Source: Blepharisma stoltei ATCC 30299 (taxonomy: Eukaryota; Protista; Ciliophora). From it: DNA of 64,000 bases. Under the pieces are notes generated by a model. That model was not told where the DNA came from. It saw only the letters and a list, made by a program, of their open reading frames with translations, and did no database searches. Numbering within the stretch: the first letter of the stretch is position 1; every line of letters begins with the position of its first letter. The stretch is from the NCBI GenBank assembly GCA_965603825.1, contig CBFDEM010000009.1:434001-498000 (forward strand), given 5' to 3'. Position numbers and translations under genes: made by a program. Positions 37,168 to 47,574 of the stretch are shown here, piece after piece.

Positions 37168-37175
37168 GGCGGGAA
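37168..37175 (-). promoter_or_regulatory. Putative E2F site (TTCCCGCC) just upstream of the RB ATG
   Basis: GGCGGGAA on the + strand, the only GC-rich island in a very AT-rich divergent spacer. Confidence 0.45.
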
Positions 37176-37429
37176 TTTTTAATATGAAAATTAATGCATA
37201 ATAATTTTGGATTTGATTACTATTTTTAGGTTATTTAGTATTTATTTTAAATTTTAAGAGAATTCTCTTATTTTGCTCAAATAAATTATTAAGCAATAGA
37301 TAATTTAATTTAATTTTTTATTATTAACTATGATATATTTTTTAGAATATTAAGAAAAGCCAAAATTATAATAAATAACTTAAAATATAAAAATCCTATT
37401 CATTTCTATCTAATTACAATTTTCCATTT

Positions 37430-38029
37430 ATGCAAGGAATCCCCGAATTTCAACAGAACATCATATCTCTTGATGGTTATGCCACAACTGGATTTGTAGC
37501 TACTACCAACATATTAATAGTTTGCAGAGTAAAGCCAGACCCATCAGATTACAAGCTAGAAATAGCAGCTACAGATGTAAAACAAAACTACTGGGAATGC
37601 ATATGAGGAATCCACGAATTTAATCATCATCAAGACACTATTGGGGTAACCCAGAAAAATTGGCGTGTTTATTTTGACTTACTAGCGACAGCTTTAGCAA
37701 ATAAGCCGATTTTAGCAACAATTAGAGACCGTGATCTATGTCTTCAAATAGAATATCCAATAGCTCAAGCACAGCTGAGAGGAGAAATCATACTGAAAAA
37801 CACTCCAGACGAGAGGCGAACAAATATTACTGATTTGGTGTTTCGAGGAATCGCTGGATTAGAACCTAAAGTCAGCTTAAAAAGACCAAGACCTAGCTCT
37901 CCTGAGCTTTCTCAAATGATGAGCCAGCCTAAGCCAGTTGAAATCCCTAAAGCTCCTAAAGTAAAGGCTAAGGCTGGAGGTTTAAAGAAAAAACCAAAAA
38001 GTAAACAAATCGGTTCTAAAATTGCATAG
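37430..38029 (+). CDS. 199-aa protein, possible XRCC4/XLF/PAXX/SAS-6 head-domain family
   Basis: Open when one TGA is read as Trp. LEIAATD....WEC beta-rich head, then a helix and a basic disordered tail. Confidence 0.5.
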
Positions 38030-38075
38030 CGGAGTTAATTTAAATGAATAAATTCATTTTGAAAGGATTTTTACA

Positions 38076-38273
38076 TTATTTATGGCAAAGTTTTCTCCTT
38101 TTTTGCTTTATCAAGTCATCAATGAACTTTAATAAATCTTCTCTCTGCTTAAGCTCGTCTTCTAAGTTTTTAATATCTGCTACTACTAGCTCTAATCTGT
38201 GCTTTAGCTCTTCTATAGTAAGTCCTGAAAGTTTAATTTTTAGATCATCATATGTTTTGGCCTTGACGTCCAT
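38076..38273 (-). CDS. Small coiled-coil protein (65 aa)
   Basis: ATG-to-TAA ORF with a heptad pattern. Confidence 0.55.
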   Translation of the reverse strand: MDVKAKTYDDLKIKLSGLTIEELKHRLELVVADIKNLEDELKQREDLLKFIDDLIKQKRRKLCHK

Positions 38274-38431
38274 ATATAACTGTAACTATTAAGTATTATA
38301 TGTCGAGATAAATTTATCGTTTGGATTAAATGCAGAAATTAAATAAGTATTTGGGATAGGAAGCAGAGAAATTTTATAAAACATATTTGTGAATAGCTAG
38401 CTCTAAATTTAGAGAAATTTAAATAAGCGTT

Positions 38432-38770
38432 TTAGTTAGTAAGTTGGCTTTTTGGCTCTTGAGGTATTTCAGGACTATATTTTTCAGTTAGTTCTGCTAT
38501 AAGTTTATTTTTTTCTTTTTTTGCAGGAACTGAGCAATAATATCCAGCTCATACAGGGGTCAGACCTATAAGCAGCAAGTTTATTTTTCCTGGTGTCGAT
38601 TGTAAACAAAAATTCATGAATTGCTTATTCTTGAAAATAAAAAAATTTGCTACTAAACTAACTCCACAGCCGATCATACTCATATTAGATTTCCATCTAT
38701 CTCAACTTTCAATTTGTTCTCGCTCTTCAGGTGTCAGCTTATGTTTATTCTCTTCAAATCAATCAGACAT
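38432..38770 (-). CDS. Small two-TM membrane protein (112 aa), missed by the ORF track
   Basis: MSDWFEENKHKLTPEEREQIESWDRW... is open with three TGA-Trp and has two hydrophobic segments. Confidence 0.65.
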
Positions 38771-39236
38771 TTTAGCTAATATAAGAAAATTGCAAAGATA
38801 TAAGGTTTTAAATAATTCATGAGAGATAGCTTAATCTTGATGAATATTTGAAGAATAGCTTGCGAATATAATGCAATGTGGTTCTTAATTGATGAAATCA
38901 AATTTTATATATTGCTTATAAAAGACAAATGCTTAAGTCAATAATGCTCAATAATATAAAATTTATTATGATACAATATATAGATAAACATGCATTGCCA
39001 AGCTTTTCAATTTAAAATTTTATATAAATTATTTTGGTATTCACAAAAAATTGATTTAAAGCTTAAAATTAAATATTCTTACAGCCTGCACATTTTTGAA
39101 CGATATTTTATTATACTTACTCTATAAGCACTTAATTTTTATTATTTTCTATCTATTTTTCCACATTCTCAGCATTCTCTTAATTTTCAAAATCTCCTCT
39201 ATCTTCCCTATCTAAATAAAAATAACGCCTAATAAA

Positions 39237-40322
39237 ATGCTCCTAATATTTTTCTTACATGTAGCATTCGGAACTTTAACTTTAAATGAAGAACTAGAAA
39301 TCGAGCTTTCCGCAAGCCAAGTATCAGGCAAAGATTTTGAAAGTTCAATGACTGTAAATGGCGTCGAATACCAAACAATATGTGATTGCACAGACCCTGA
39401 ACTAGCCACGGAACAAACAGTAAAATGCGCACCCACAAATATCGTGATTACACAAGAACGTGAAGGTGAAGGGGCGACTTTGGACGATCTTGAAGAAAAA
39501 TTCAGCTCAGAAACCTATGAATGGGTAAATGTCCTTGACAGCTCTTTTCGATGTCTTGACGGAAGAATCACTGAAGGCTCTTTAGGCGCTCCTGGTGGGG
39601 ATTTTGGAGAATTTGCTTTGGCTTTATTAGTATATGAAGATATGTCTGGGAAAAGGGTGGACGAAGACTCTATAAGGGTTTATTTTTTGGAATATTTGGA
39701 TTGGATGGACCAAGAGTACTTTTATTGGTGCACAGATGATGACGCTGTAGGAAGCGTAGAAAAACAGATAGGCGTTGAAGGAATTGATATCACAAATCCT
39801 AGGGAAGGGCTACAAAGCAGTTTATTGACCTATTTAAATCAGCCGAATGGGGTTGGTGATTTACATATAAAAAATTTGATTGAAAGCCCAGAACTGTATT
39901 CAGCTAGGATTGAGGCAATTGAGCACTTTATTACAGTTTTCTATAAGGTGTTGTGGGATAAAGATGATTATCATAATGAAAAAATTTATTTAGAAGTTTT
40001 CCCAGGAAGCCATAATGAAACTGCATTTGTAGAAATCCGAGCATATGAAGACTGTATAGTCCAACAAGTCGCACCTTTAGTTATCCCACGAAATGGAGAT
40101 GCAGATAATTTAAGCATTTTCGTAAACCATGCATTTGGAACTAGCACTAAAAGACAACAGATAAGCAAATTTTTTGTGGATAAAGTCGCGAGAAACCAAG
40201 ATGGGATCACAGTTGATAAATTTTTGTCTAGGATGAATCACCATGGACTGTTATTTTTAGACGTGACTGGAGAATTAATCGCTGAAAAGCTCCCATTTTA
40301 TACAGTGGCTTTTGAAAATTAA
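39237..40322 (+). CDS. Secreted acidic protein with a zeta/theta carbonic-anhydrase-like CxDGR...PGG signature
   Basis: Signal peptide; FRCLDGR...LGAPGGDFGEF; G.HNE. Confidence 0.6.
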   Translation: MLLIFFLHVAFGTLTLNEELEIELSASQVSGKDFESSMTVNGVEYQTICDCTDPELATEQTVKCAPTNIVITQEREGEGATLDDLEEKFSSETYEWVNVLDSSFRCLDGRITEGSLGAPGGDFGEFALALLVYEDMSGKRVDEDSIRVYFLEYLDWMDQEYFYWCTDDDAVGSVEKQIGVEGIDITNPREGLQSSLLTYLNQPNGVGDLHIKNLIESPELYSARIEAIEHFITVFYKVLWDKDDYHNEKIYLEVFPGSHNETAFVEIRAYEDCIVQQVAPLVIPRNGDADNLSIFVNHAFGTSTKRQQISKFFVDKVARNQDGITVDKFLSRMNHHGLLFLDVTGELIAEKLPFYTVAFEN

Positions 40323-40407
40323 TTAGTATATAAGACATTATTTTATTAAAAGACCTATTAAATTATCGAGAATTAATGAAATTAATAATAATCAAGACCA
40401 TATTATA

Positions 40408-41379
40408 ATGTCTGAACACAAAATCCAAAAAGGTCTCTTATTTTTAAAAAATCCTAAAGGTAATTTCAAATTAGTCGCGAAAATGCCATTAGACAAAAAA
40501 ATTGAATTTTTAAAAACCAAGCTGACACCTGAAGAACTTGATAAAGTTTTAAAAAAGTTTAATGAAGGAGAAGAATTCACCAAATATTTTGAGCCAACAC
40601 AGGATTTAGGCACTCCTTTAGATCCACCTCAACAAATTGCTACAAAAAGCAACTGGGGTTGGGTCAGAACCTTAGGAGCTGGAATTATTGGTGCAATAGG
40701 AAGTGCGATGATACTTGTAAAGATCATTTAGAATAAACGTGAAAACAAAAACAAAAAAAGTAAAGTTGGGCAGCTCGAACGAGTTAATAGCTTTTCTACT
40801 TTTGAGCAGAGGAAATATGAGCTGGACATGGCTTTATTAGAAGGCCAAAGAAATGATAATAAAATAGAAAGGCTAATTAACAAGCATACAGAAGCATTTG
40901 AAAATTTAAGCAAGCAGATTGCTTCCTTAAAGAATTCTATTGAGAATCTTAAAGATACACAGGAAAAGCTAGCAAACTCATTAAATAATTCAACCGAAAA
41001 CTGCCAAGTTTTTAATCAATTTGTATCACAATTCAATTCCCTTGACAAAACCTTATCTGCGCTAAATACATTAAAAGTAAAAAAAAATTAGTTTTATTTC
41101 CAAAATATTTTAACAAGTCCAGCGAATCCACAAAGAAATAAGATTAACATGACAAATGAAGACTATAAGAATAATTTGTCCCCAAATCGAATGATAAGAC
41201 GACTTTTGGAAGTTTCTGGGTTTCATCTGAAAGGGATTTTTATGGAATTTGATCCTACTCAGCTTAGTTCTTTGCAGTCAACTTTCACTTTAATTCAAAA
41301 TGAAATTGATCAATTAGAAAATTCTGAATTGACACCAGAATCTTCATCTGATTTAATTCAAGAAAATAATAAATTTTAA
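40408..41379 (+). CDS. PEX14: Pex14-like peroxin (Pex14_N, TM, coiled coil) with C-terminal PUB-like domain; introns 40460-40474, 40717-40731, 41077-41091
   Basis: After splicing: FLKNPKVAKMPLDKKIEFLKTKLTPEE; Gly-rich TM; YFQNIL..P.NPQ.NKINMTN...LLEVSGF. Confidence 0.75.
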
Positions 41380-41401
41380 TAATTGTAAATATCAATTTTT
41401 C

Positions 41402-43606
41402 ATGTCAAATGTGCATCATCTGTTGGTACCGAAAAGAGAAAGAACCAGAAAATCTCTGATGGCTCATAGAAGATTAACTCAGATACACCCAACTGTTCCT
41501 GCTGAATTTCGAGAAAAAATATCAAAAAATAAAATCAACCCAGAAAACTCAAAAATTGAACAGTCAACTTTTTTAGAGCATTCTTTTGTTTTTCGTTCTA
41601 AATATCAAGATGTATGAAAGCGAGCACGATCAAGGCTTCTCGCTGTCTTGCTTCTTAAAAAGAACATAAAAACACTCCACACTGAAGAATACTCTCCACC
41701 AGAAAACTTCGAATTTAAGCGTTCTGTAAGCTCACTACGATTTGTGGAAGCCTTAAACGAAAATCTCGAAAAAACCAGAGAGCCAGTTCCATGCGGAATT
41801 ATCCACCCTGACCATAAATTTAGAACTTATTGAGATCTCGCAATGCTTTTTGTCTTATTATATACAGCTACAATAATGCCGTTCAGTATGGCTTTTGTAG
41901 ACTCCACCTTATGAGATACCTGATTTCTAATGGATTTAATAGTGAATATGTTTTTTATTGTAGATTTAGTCGTCAATTTAATGTGTGCTTACATTACACC
42001 TGAAGGAAAATTAGTTACTAGCCGATGAAGGATTTTTTTAAAATATCTAAAATCATGGCTTATAATAGATTTAGTCTCATCAATCCCATATAGCTTGCTA
42101 CCAGGTTCAAATACAGACTCGTCTGGGTCCTATAATAGCAGCATGTCACTATTAAAATTACCAAGACTTTATAGGCTGTTCCGTATATCAAGAGTTATTA
42201 AACTGTTAAAAAAATATAAAAACAGCGAATTTATGGAGAAATTGCAAGATTTTTTTGATTTAAAACAAAACAGGTTAAGATTGATAACAACAGCTCTTAC
42301 AGTGGCGCTTTGTGTGCATATTGCCACGTGTATGTGGTACTTTTCTGCAAAACTTGAAGGGTTTTATTATGATACCTGGGTATTTAGAAATGGATTAATG
42401 AATGAAGATACTGGAACTTTGTATTTGACATCTTTGTATTGAGCAATAACAACTTTGTCTACAGTAGGATATGGGGATATACATGCCCAAACGATAACAG
42501 AAAAGATGTGTGCAATTATTTGGATGATTTTTACCGTTTATGTTTTTTCTTTTGTTATTGGTAGCTTAGGGAATATGCTTTCAACTGTTGATTCTAAAGA
42601 AAATGTGCTTATAAACAAACTCGCTGTAATTGATGAATTCGCTAAAGAAGCAAGCTTAGAAAAAGACTTAAAGCATCGATTAAGAATAGCACTACGCTAC
42701 TCAACTGAAAAAACTGGTTTTTCATGAGCAGACAAACAAAATATCTTCAACGAGCTCCCAAAGAATTTCCGGTATGAAGTTGCAATGGCCATGCATCGAG
42801 GCGCAGCCAAAGATTTGACCTTTTTCGCAGATAAAGACCAGGTCGTGGTAGCTTCAATTGTGCCATTTTTGCAGCCTGTTTTTGCAGCAGGTACTGAGCT
42901 TGTATATGATAAAGGTGAATTTGCAGATGAAATTTATTTTGTGGTAAAAGGAAACGTCAGCTATGTTTTTGGAAAAGATAATAAATTAATCCGATCCACA
43001 CAGCGAGGGGGCTATTTCGGAGACATTGAAGTAGTCTCACGAATCACTCGAAAATACGCAGCACTTGCTGTAAGAGACAGTGAGCTACTTATTATGGGAA
43101 AAGCATTAATAAACATAATAATGGACGAATATCCTCACATTTGGGATGAAATTGTTCTGGTAGCTGCAGAGAGAGATAATGTAAACCAGAAAACAATTGC
43201 AGAAATCGAGGTCCTTAATGCAATGAAAAATAAAGGGGATTTGGCCAGCATTGATATGGAAAAATACAAAAAAGAGGTAGACAGGTTTATTACGAGAATG
43301 AAATATAAAGATTTAAAAAAGAAAATTAATTTGGACCCAAAAAAGCCAAGTTTAGAAGATGTGACGATAAATGATATGAACGACAAAATTGAGTCGATTT
43401 TTAAGACAATAGAAGCTTTAGAAGTGCAAATTAAAGATCTTGGGAAAAATGCTGCAATTGCAAAAAGCCCTGGTAGGCCAAAACTGCCACCGATATTTAA
43501 GAGAGGGTCAAAATCGCCTAGTGTTAATAAAGCGGCTTTAAGCAGCACATTTAGCACATATTGTAGCCACTCTTCAGGAGAAGATCCTATGACATCTTTA
43601 ATATAG
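41402..43606 (+). CDS. Voltage-gated / cyclic-nucleotide-binding K+ channel (KCNH/HCN-like)
   Basis: S4 segment LPRLYRLFRISR; pore SLYW(TGA)AITTLSTVGYGD; CNBD GYFGDIE. ORFs are joined by multiple TGA-Trp. Confidence 0.92.
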
Positions 43607-43753
43607 TATTTAAACAAAAAATTAAATATTAAAATGATTATTTGCAGAATAATTTTTTATATTGATATATTTATCCTTGAATTTCATTTAAAATCACAGG
43701 GATACGCTTTTATATTTATTTGTTTATTTTAAAGTGAATTCTATAATTTTATA

Positions 43754-45166
43754 ATGGAAAGATTGGAAAAATCTAAAGAACTAATTGGAAGGCTTGAAGA
43801 AGCCATTAACTTAAAAGACAATAACGCTGCTAGTTATTGTATACAAGAACTAATCAGATGGGGAATCAAAGTTTCAATATCTCCTTCATTTTACGAAAAA
43901 TGCTCATCTCATATCTATATTTACCCTGGTTCCGAAAATCTTTATTCCCCTGAATTTTTATATTCCCCTTTCATTTGCGATCGGTCTCATCATATTTGCT
44001 ATTATTGCTTACAAAAACATATTTCATCTATTTTCCTATCAAGAGGCTTAAATTTTCGTTATGAATGTCCTGCATGTGAAAATCAAGAATTTAGAAATAG
44101 TCGGTTTTTTGCTAAGGAGAAACAGTATGAAGGCCTGATGCAATTAGTAGGAATAGAAATGATACAAGAATGGGAAAGACGAAATTTTATTAAACCTGAA
44201 GATGAAGAGCCAGAGATTCCTTTTCTTCAAACATGTGAGAATTGTTCATTTGGTTATTCAGATTTACACAAAATTTGCCTTGATAATCATAAAGTTTGCA
44301 ATTTCTGTCTTATAAACAATATAAATAGCACAGCTGATGATGGGAAATTCGTATGCAAAGTAAATGGGTGCAAAAAAGCTATATACCATGAAATTGTTAA
44401 AGCTTTTATAGAAATAGACCAAAACTTAATTCAGAAATTTTGGAAAAAATTAAAATTGAATGGAAAAAAATGCTCATTCTGCCCTAATTGCAAAATAAAT
44501 ATTGAACTTGACAAAAAAAAGACTGAAGAGCTATGTGTTTGTGGAGCAAAAATATGTGTCAGATGCACACAAACTTTACATGATGGCTTATCATGTTATA
44601 ATGTCGCAGGACTGACACTAAATGATCCGCCATTTATAGATATTTACCCACCACCTAGAGATTTTTCAGATTACGAATATTTGCATGAAGAATACGAAAA
44701 TGCTAAATTTGCTTTTGAAACATTTGTAAGGGCAGCTAATTTAAAAATGACACAAGTAAAATTAGTCGTTAATCCAGCACTAGAACAAAAATTTGAAGCA
44801 AAAAAGAAACAGCTTGGGTGTAAAGAAGAATATGTTTTTCACGGATCAAATTATGTGAATTATGCAAAAATATGCAGTGGAGGATTTATTATAGGCGGAA
44901 CTAATGGGCTTGCAGTAGCTCATGGGACAGCTGCTGGGTATGGAGTTTACACTGGCCTCACACCTGATATATCAGCTGGATATGCGCAGGGAAAAACATG
45001 AATGCTGTGCTGTAGGGCTGTAAGAGGAATCTGTGGGGCGCCTGCTAGGACTGTGCAAGAATTAACAGCTGGAAACCGTCATTCTACGCAAAATGGTGAC
45101 GCATTAATATTTTTTTCTGCTGATCAAGTGCTGCCTAAATATTTAGTCGAGTTTACTCAAAGATAG
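43754..45166 (+). CDS. RING-like / RING / IBR zinc fingers fused to a PARP-family ADP-ribosyltransferase domain
   Basis: Cys/His clusters, then YVFHGS, HG.AAGYGVY, S.GYA and QVLPKYLV. Reading through TGA 44999 reaches TAG 45166. Confidence 0.8.
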
Positions 45167-45294
45167 AATGGATAATTTAATGACAAATAAAAATATGATT
45201 TATACACTTTTTTAATAAACCAATTATTTTATTATAAAAATAACATTTATATTCCAAAAGTAAAATATTTTAGCATAACTACTATTCAAATTGA

Positions 45295-47256
45295 CTAATT
45301 TGCTTCTACGTCAGAATTTACATCTCCATCAGAAATTTCTTCTAAATTTTCTTCTTCTTTAATATTGCGCAACGAGTGCTTAGCAGTGCTATAAATTAGC
45401 TCATACCCAGTATCAATAATAAGTGACTGAGAATCTTCAGGGAAAACTGGGTCAACTACAAGCCTAAATGAATCTTCTAGCATTTTTGTTATTAAAGACC
45501 CTAATAATGGGCAACTTAATGCTAAGCAAGGGTTTGTATTTACTTCAATAAGCCAAGGGTTGAAATTATCATCTAGCATAAAATCATACCCTAAAATTTC
45601 AAAAGTATGCAGCCTATGCTTTGGGTCTAATTTTCCACACGTCGCAGCTACAGTATCCTGCACAATATTTCTTATTTTCGGATAAATTTCTCTTTTAAAA
45701 TTCACTTTTGCATGTATTTCATTGTCTATATATTCTTGAAATTCATCATAAGAAAGCTTGTTCCCTGCTTCAAATTTTCCATACTCAGGGGATTTTTTCT
45801 GGACTGCGTCATTAGTTAAATGGACAAATTTATTTTGTGTGATATCCAAGGTGAATTTTTGACAAGCAGTTCTTAAGTAGCCTTCACGGTAGAAGTATGC
45901 TTGGATGCTCCCGTTTATGCATGCAATTAATGTATAGCAACGGATATCAAATTTTCTGTCTCTATATAATAAAGGGTTTTCTATATATTTTTGAACAATA
46001 TAGCTGTGTTTAAGCCCTGAAGAAGCCTCTTCTATTCTGTTTATTATTTCTTCTAACGTTGAGCAGACAGTTATTCCATTTCCTCGGTTAGTAAGCTCGC
46101 CTGGTTTTACAATTCATAAGTTCACTAGATTTGCTTCAGATTTAATACTATTAAAATACTCTTGTAGTTTAGGAAAATTTGGGTCTCTTGTCCCGTCTAC
46201 TATATGGAAAGTCATAGGCAGTACATTAAATGGATTTTTATTTATAGATTCATAGTAGCTGCACATATTGGCAAAAAGCCTTTTTTTGCTGGCAAGCTCA
46301 TTGTTTCTTTCAATTCTGTTATAAAGCTTGGTACGGGTAGAAATTAATGTTGATAATGGTGATAGGTGGCAAAACTCCTGGCTGTTGGTGATAAAATTAA
46401 TGGTATTATCTGACACGTCAATAGCCCTTGTTTCTTTTTTCCCTGAAGTTTCGAGGACTTCTACTATTTCTTTTCTTTTTACTTGGGTCCATATAAGATT
46501 GGCAGAGTAAGGAGAATAGCTTTGTTCTCATTTTGGCTTGGCTTTTAAGATTTTTAGGACAAGCTGGTGGTTATTGCCGGAGCCGACAAAAAACTTGTAA
46601 GTGGGATTTTCATTAGGAGTTATTTCAATTCCAAAGCTTTTCTGCAATGATAAAATAGCTAAATTTATTTTGACCGCTTCTAGCTGATTATTTTCAATTT
46701 TTTTCCTTCTTTTTACTGTCATTTTCTTCGATTTTATCTTAAATTTTTCTTCTTTAATAGAGTCGTCTGACTTTAAAAAAGCGCTTTTCTTAGTCTGTAG
46801 AGGAGAAGAGCCATTTATGACGTCAGTATTTGACAAACACCTGTGGACTTTTACACTTAAGCTTCTACACTCAGGGATCGGCTCAGGAAAAGGTGAAATT
46901 TGTCCTTTTTTCGCATAAGCTTGCCTGAGGACAATTCCTTTGCTATTTTTTATAAAATGTGTAACTTTTTCTGGAATTTTATTAGGAGAAATTTCTCTGC
47001 TTTTTAGAGGAATACTCAATGAGTTACGTTTAGCATTAGGATCAAGCAAGCTTGGAGATTTATCAGGCTTGTTAAGCAGCTCGTTTAAAAACTCTCACTC
47101 CTTAGCAGGGATACTTGTGCTGGATTCCAGTTTATTTATATTTGTTGGAGACTTTACATTTCCCCGGGTTGTTTTGTCTTGTGAAGGTTTCATTACAAAA
47201 AAGTTTTGCCCTGTGATTTCTAAGTTTGAGTCTTGATTGTTATACCAGGTTTCCAT
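45295..47256 (-). CDS. Tubulin-tyrosine-ligase-like (glycylase-type) protein
   Basis: W(TGA)IVKPGE..NRGNGI, VQKYIENPLL, KFDIR, GYLRT, HLTNDAVQK, GYDFM, LIEVNTNP. Confidence 0.9.
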
Positions 47257-47574
47257 TTATTTTGTGTATTGGGAAAGATATTTTTTGATTTGCTTCACAA
47301 ATTTGAAATAAATTTACAAATAATTTGTGTGGAAGTCTGATGGTATTATGAAGTAAATAAAATTAAGGAAATTATTGGCTTAAATTAATAAAAAATTAAA
47401 TAAGAATTTAAAATATATTAATAGTTTGCATTTTGTTAGATATAAGAAATAAAAATTAATTAAATAAGAAAAACCTTTCTGAATTTTTATAAGAAAAATC
47501 AATAATTTATATATTAAGCTTTCTCACAAATTTAATTTCAGTATTTTTACAATTTTTCATATTTCTAAACAAAA

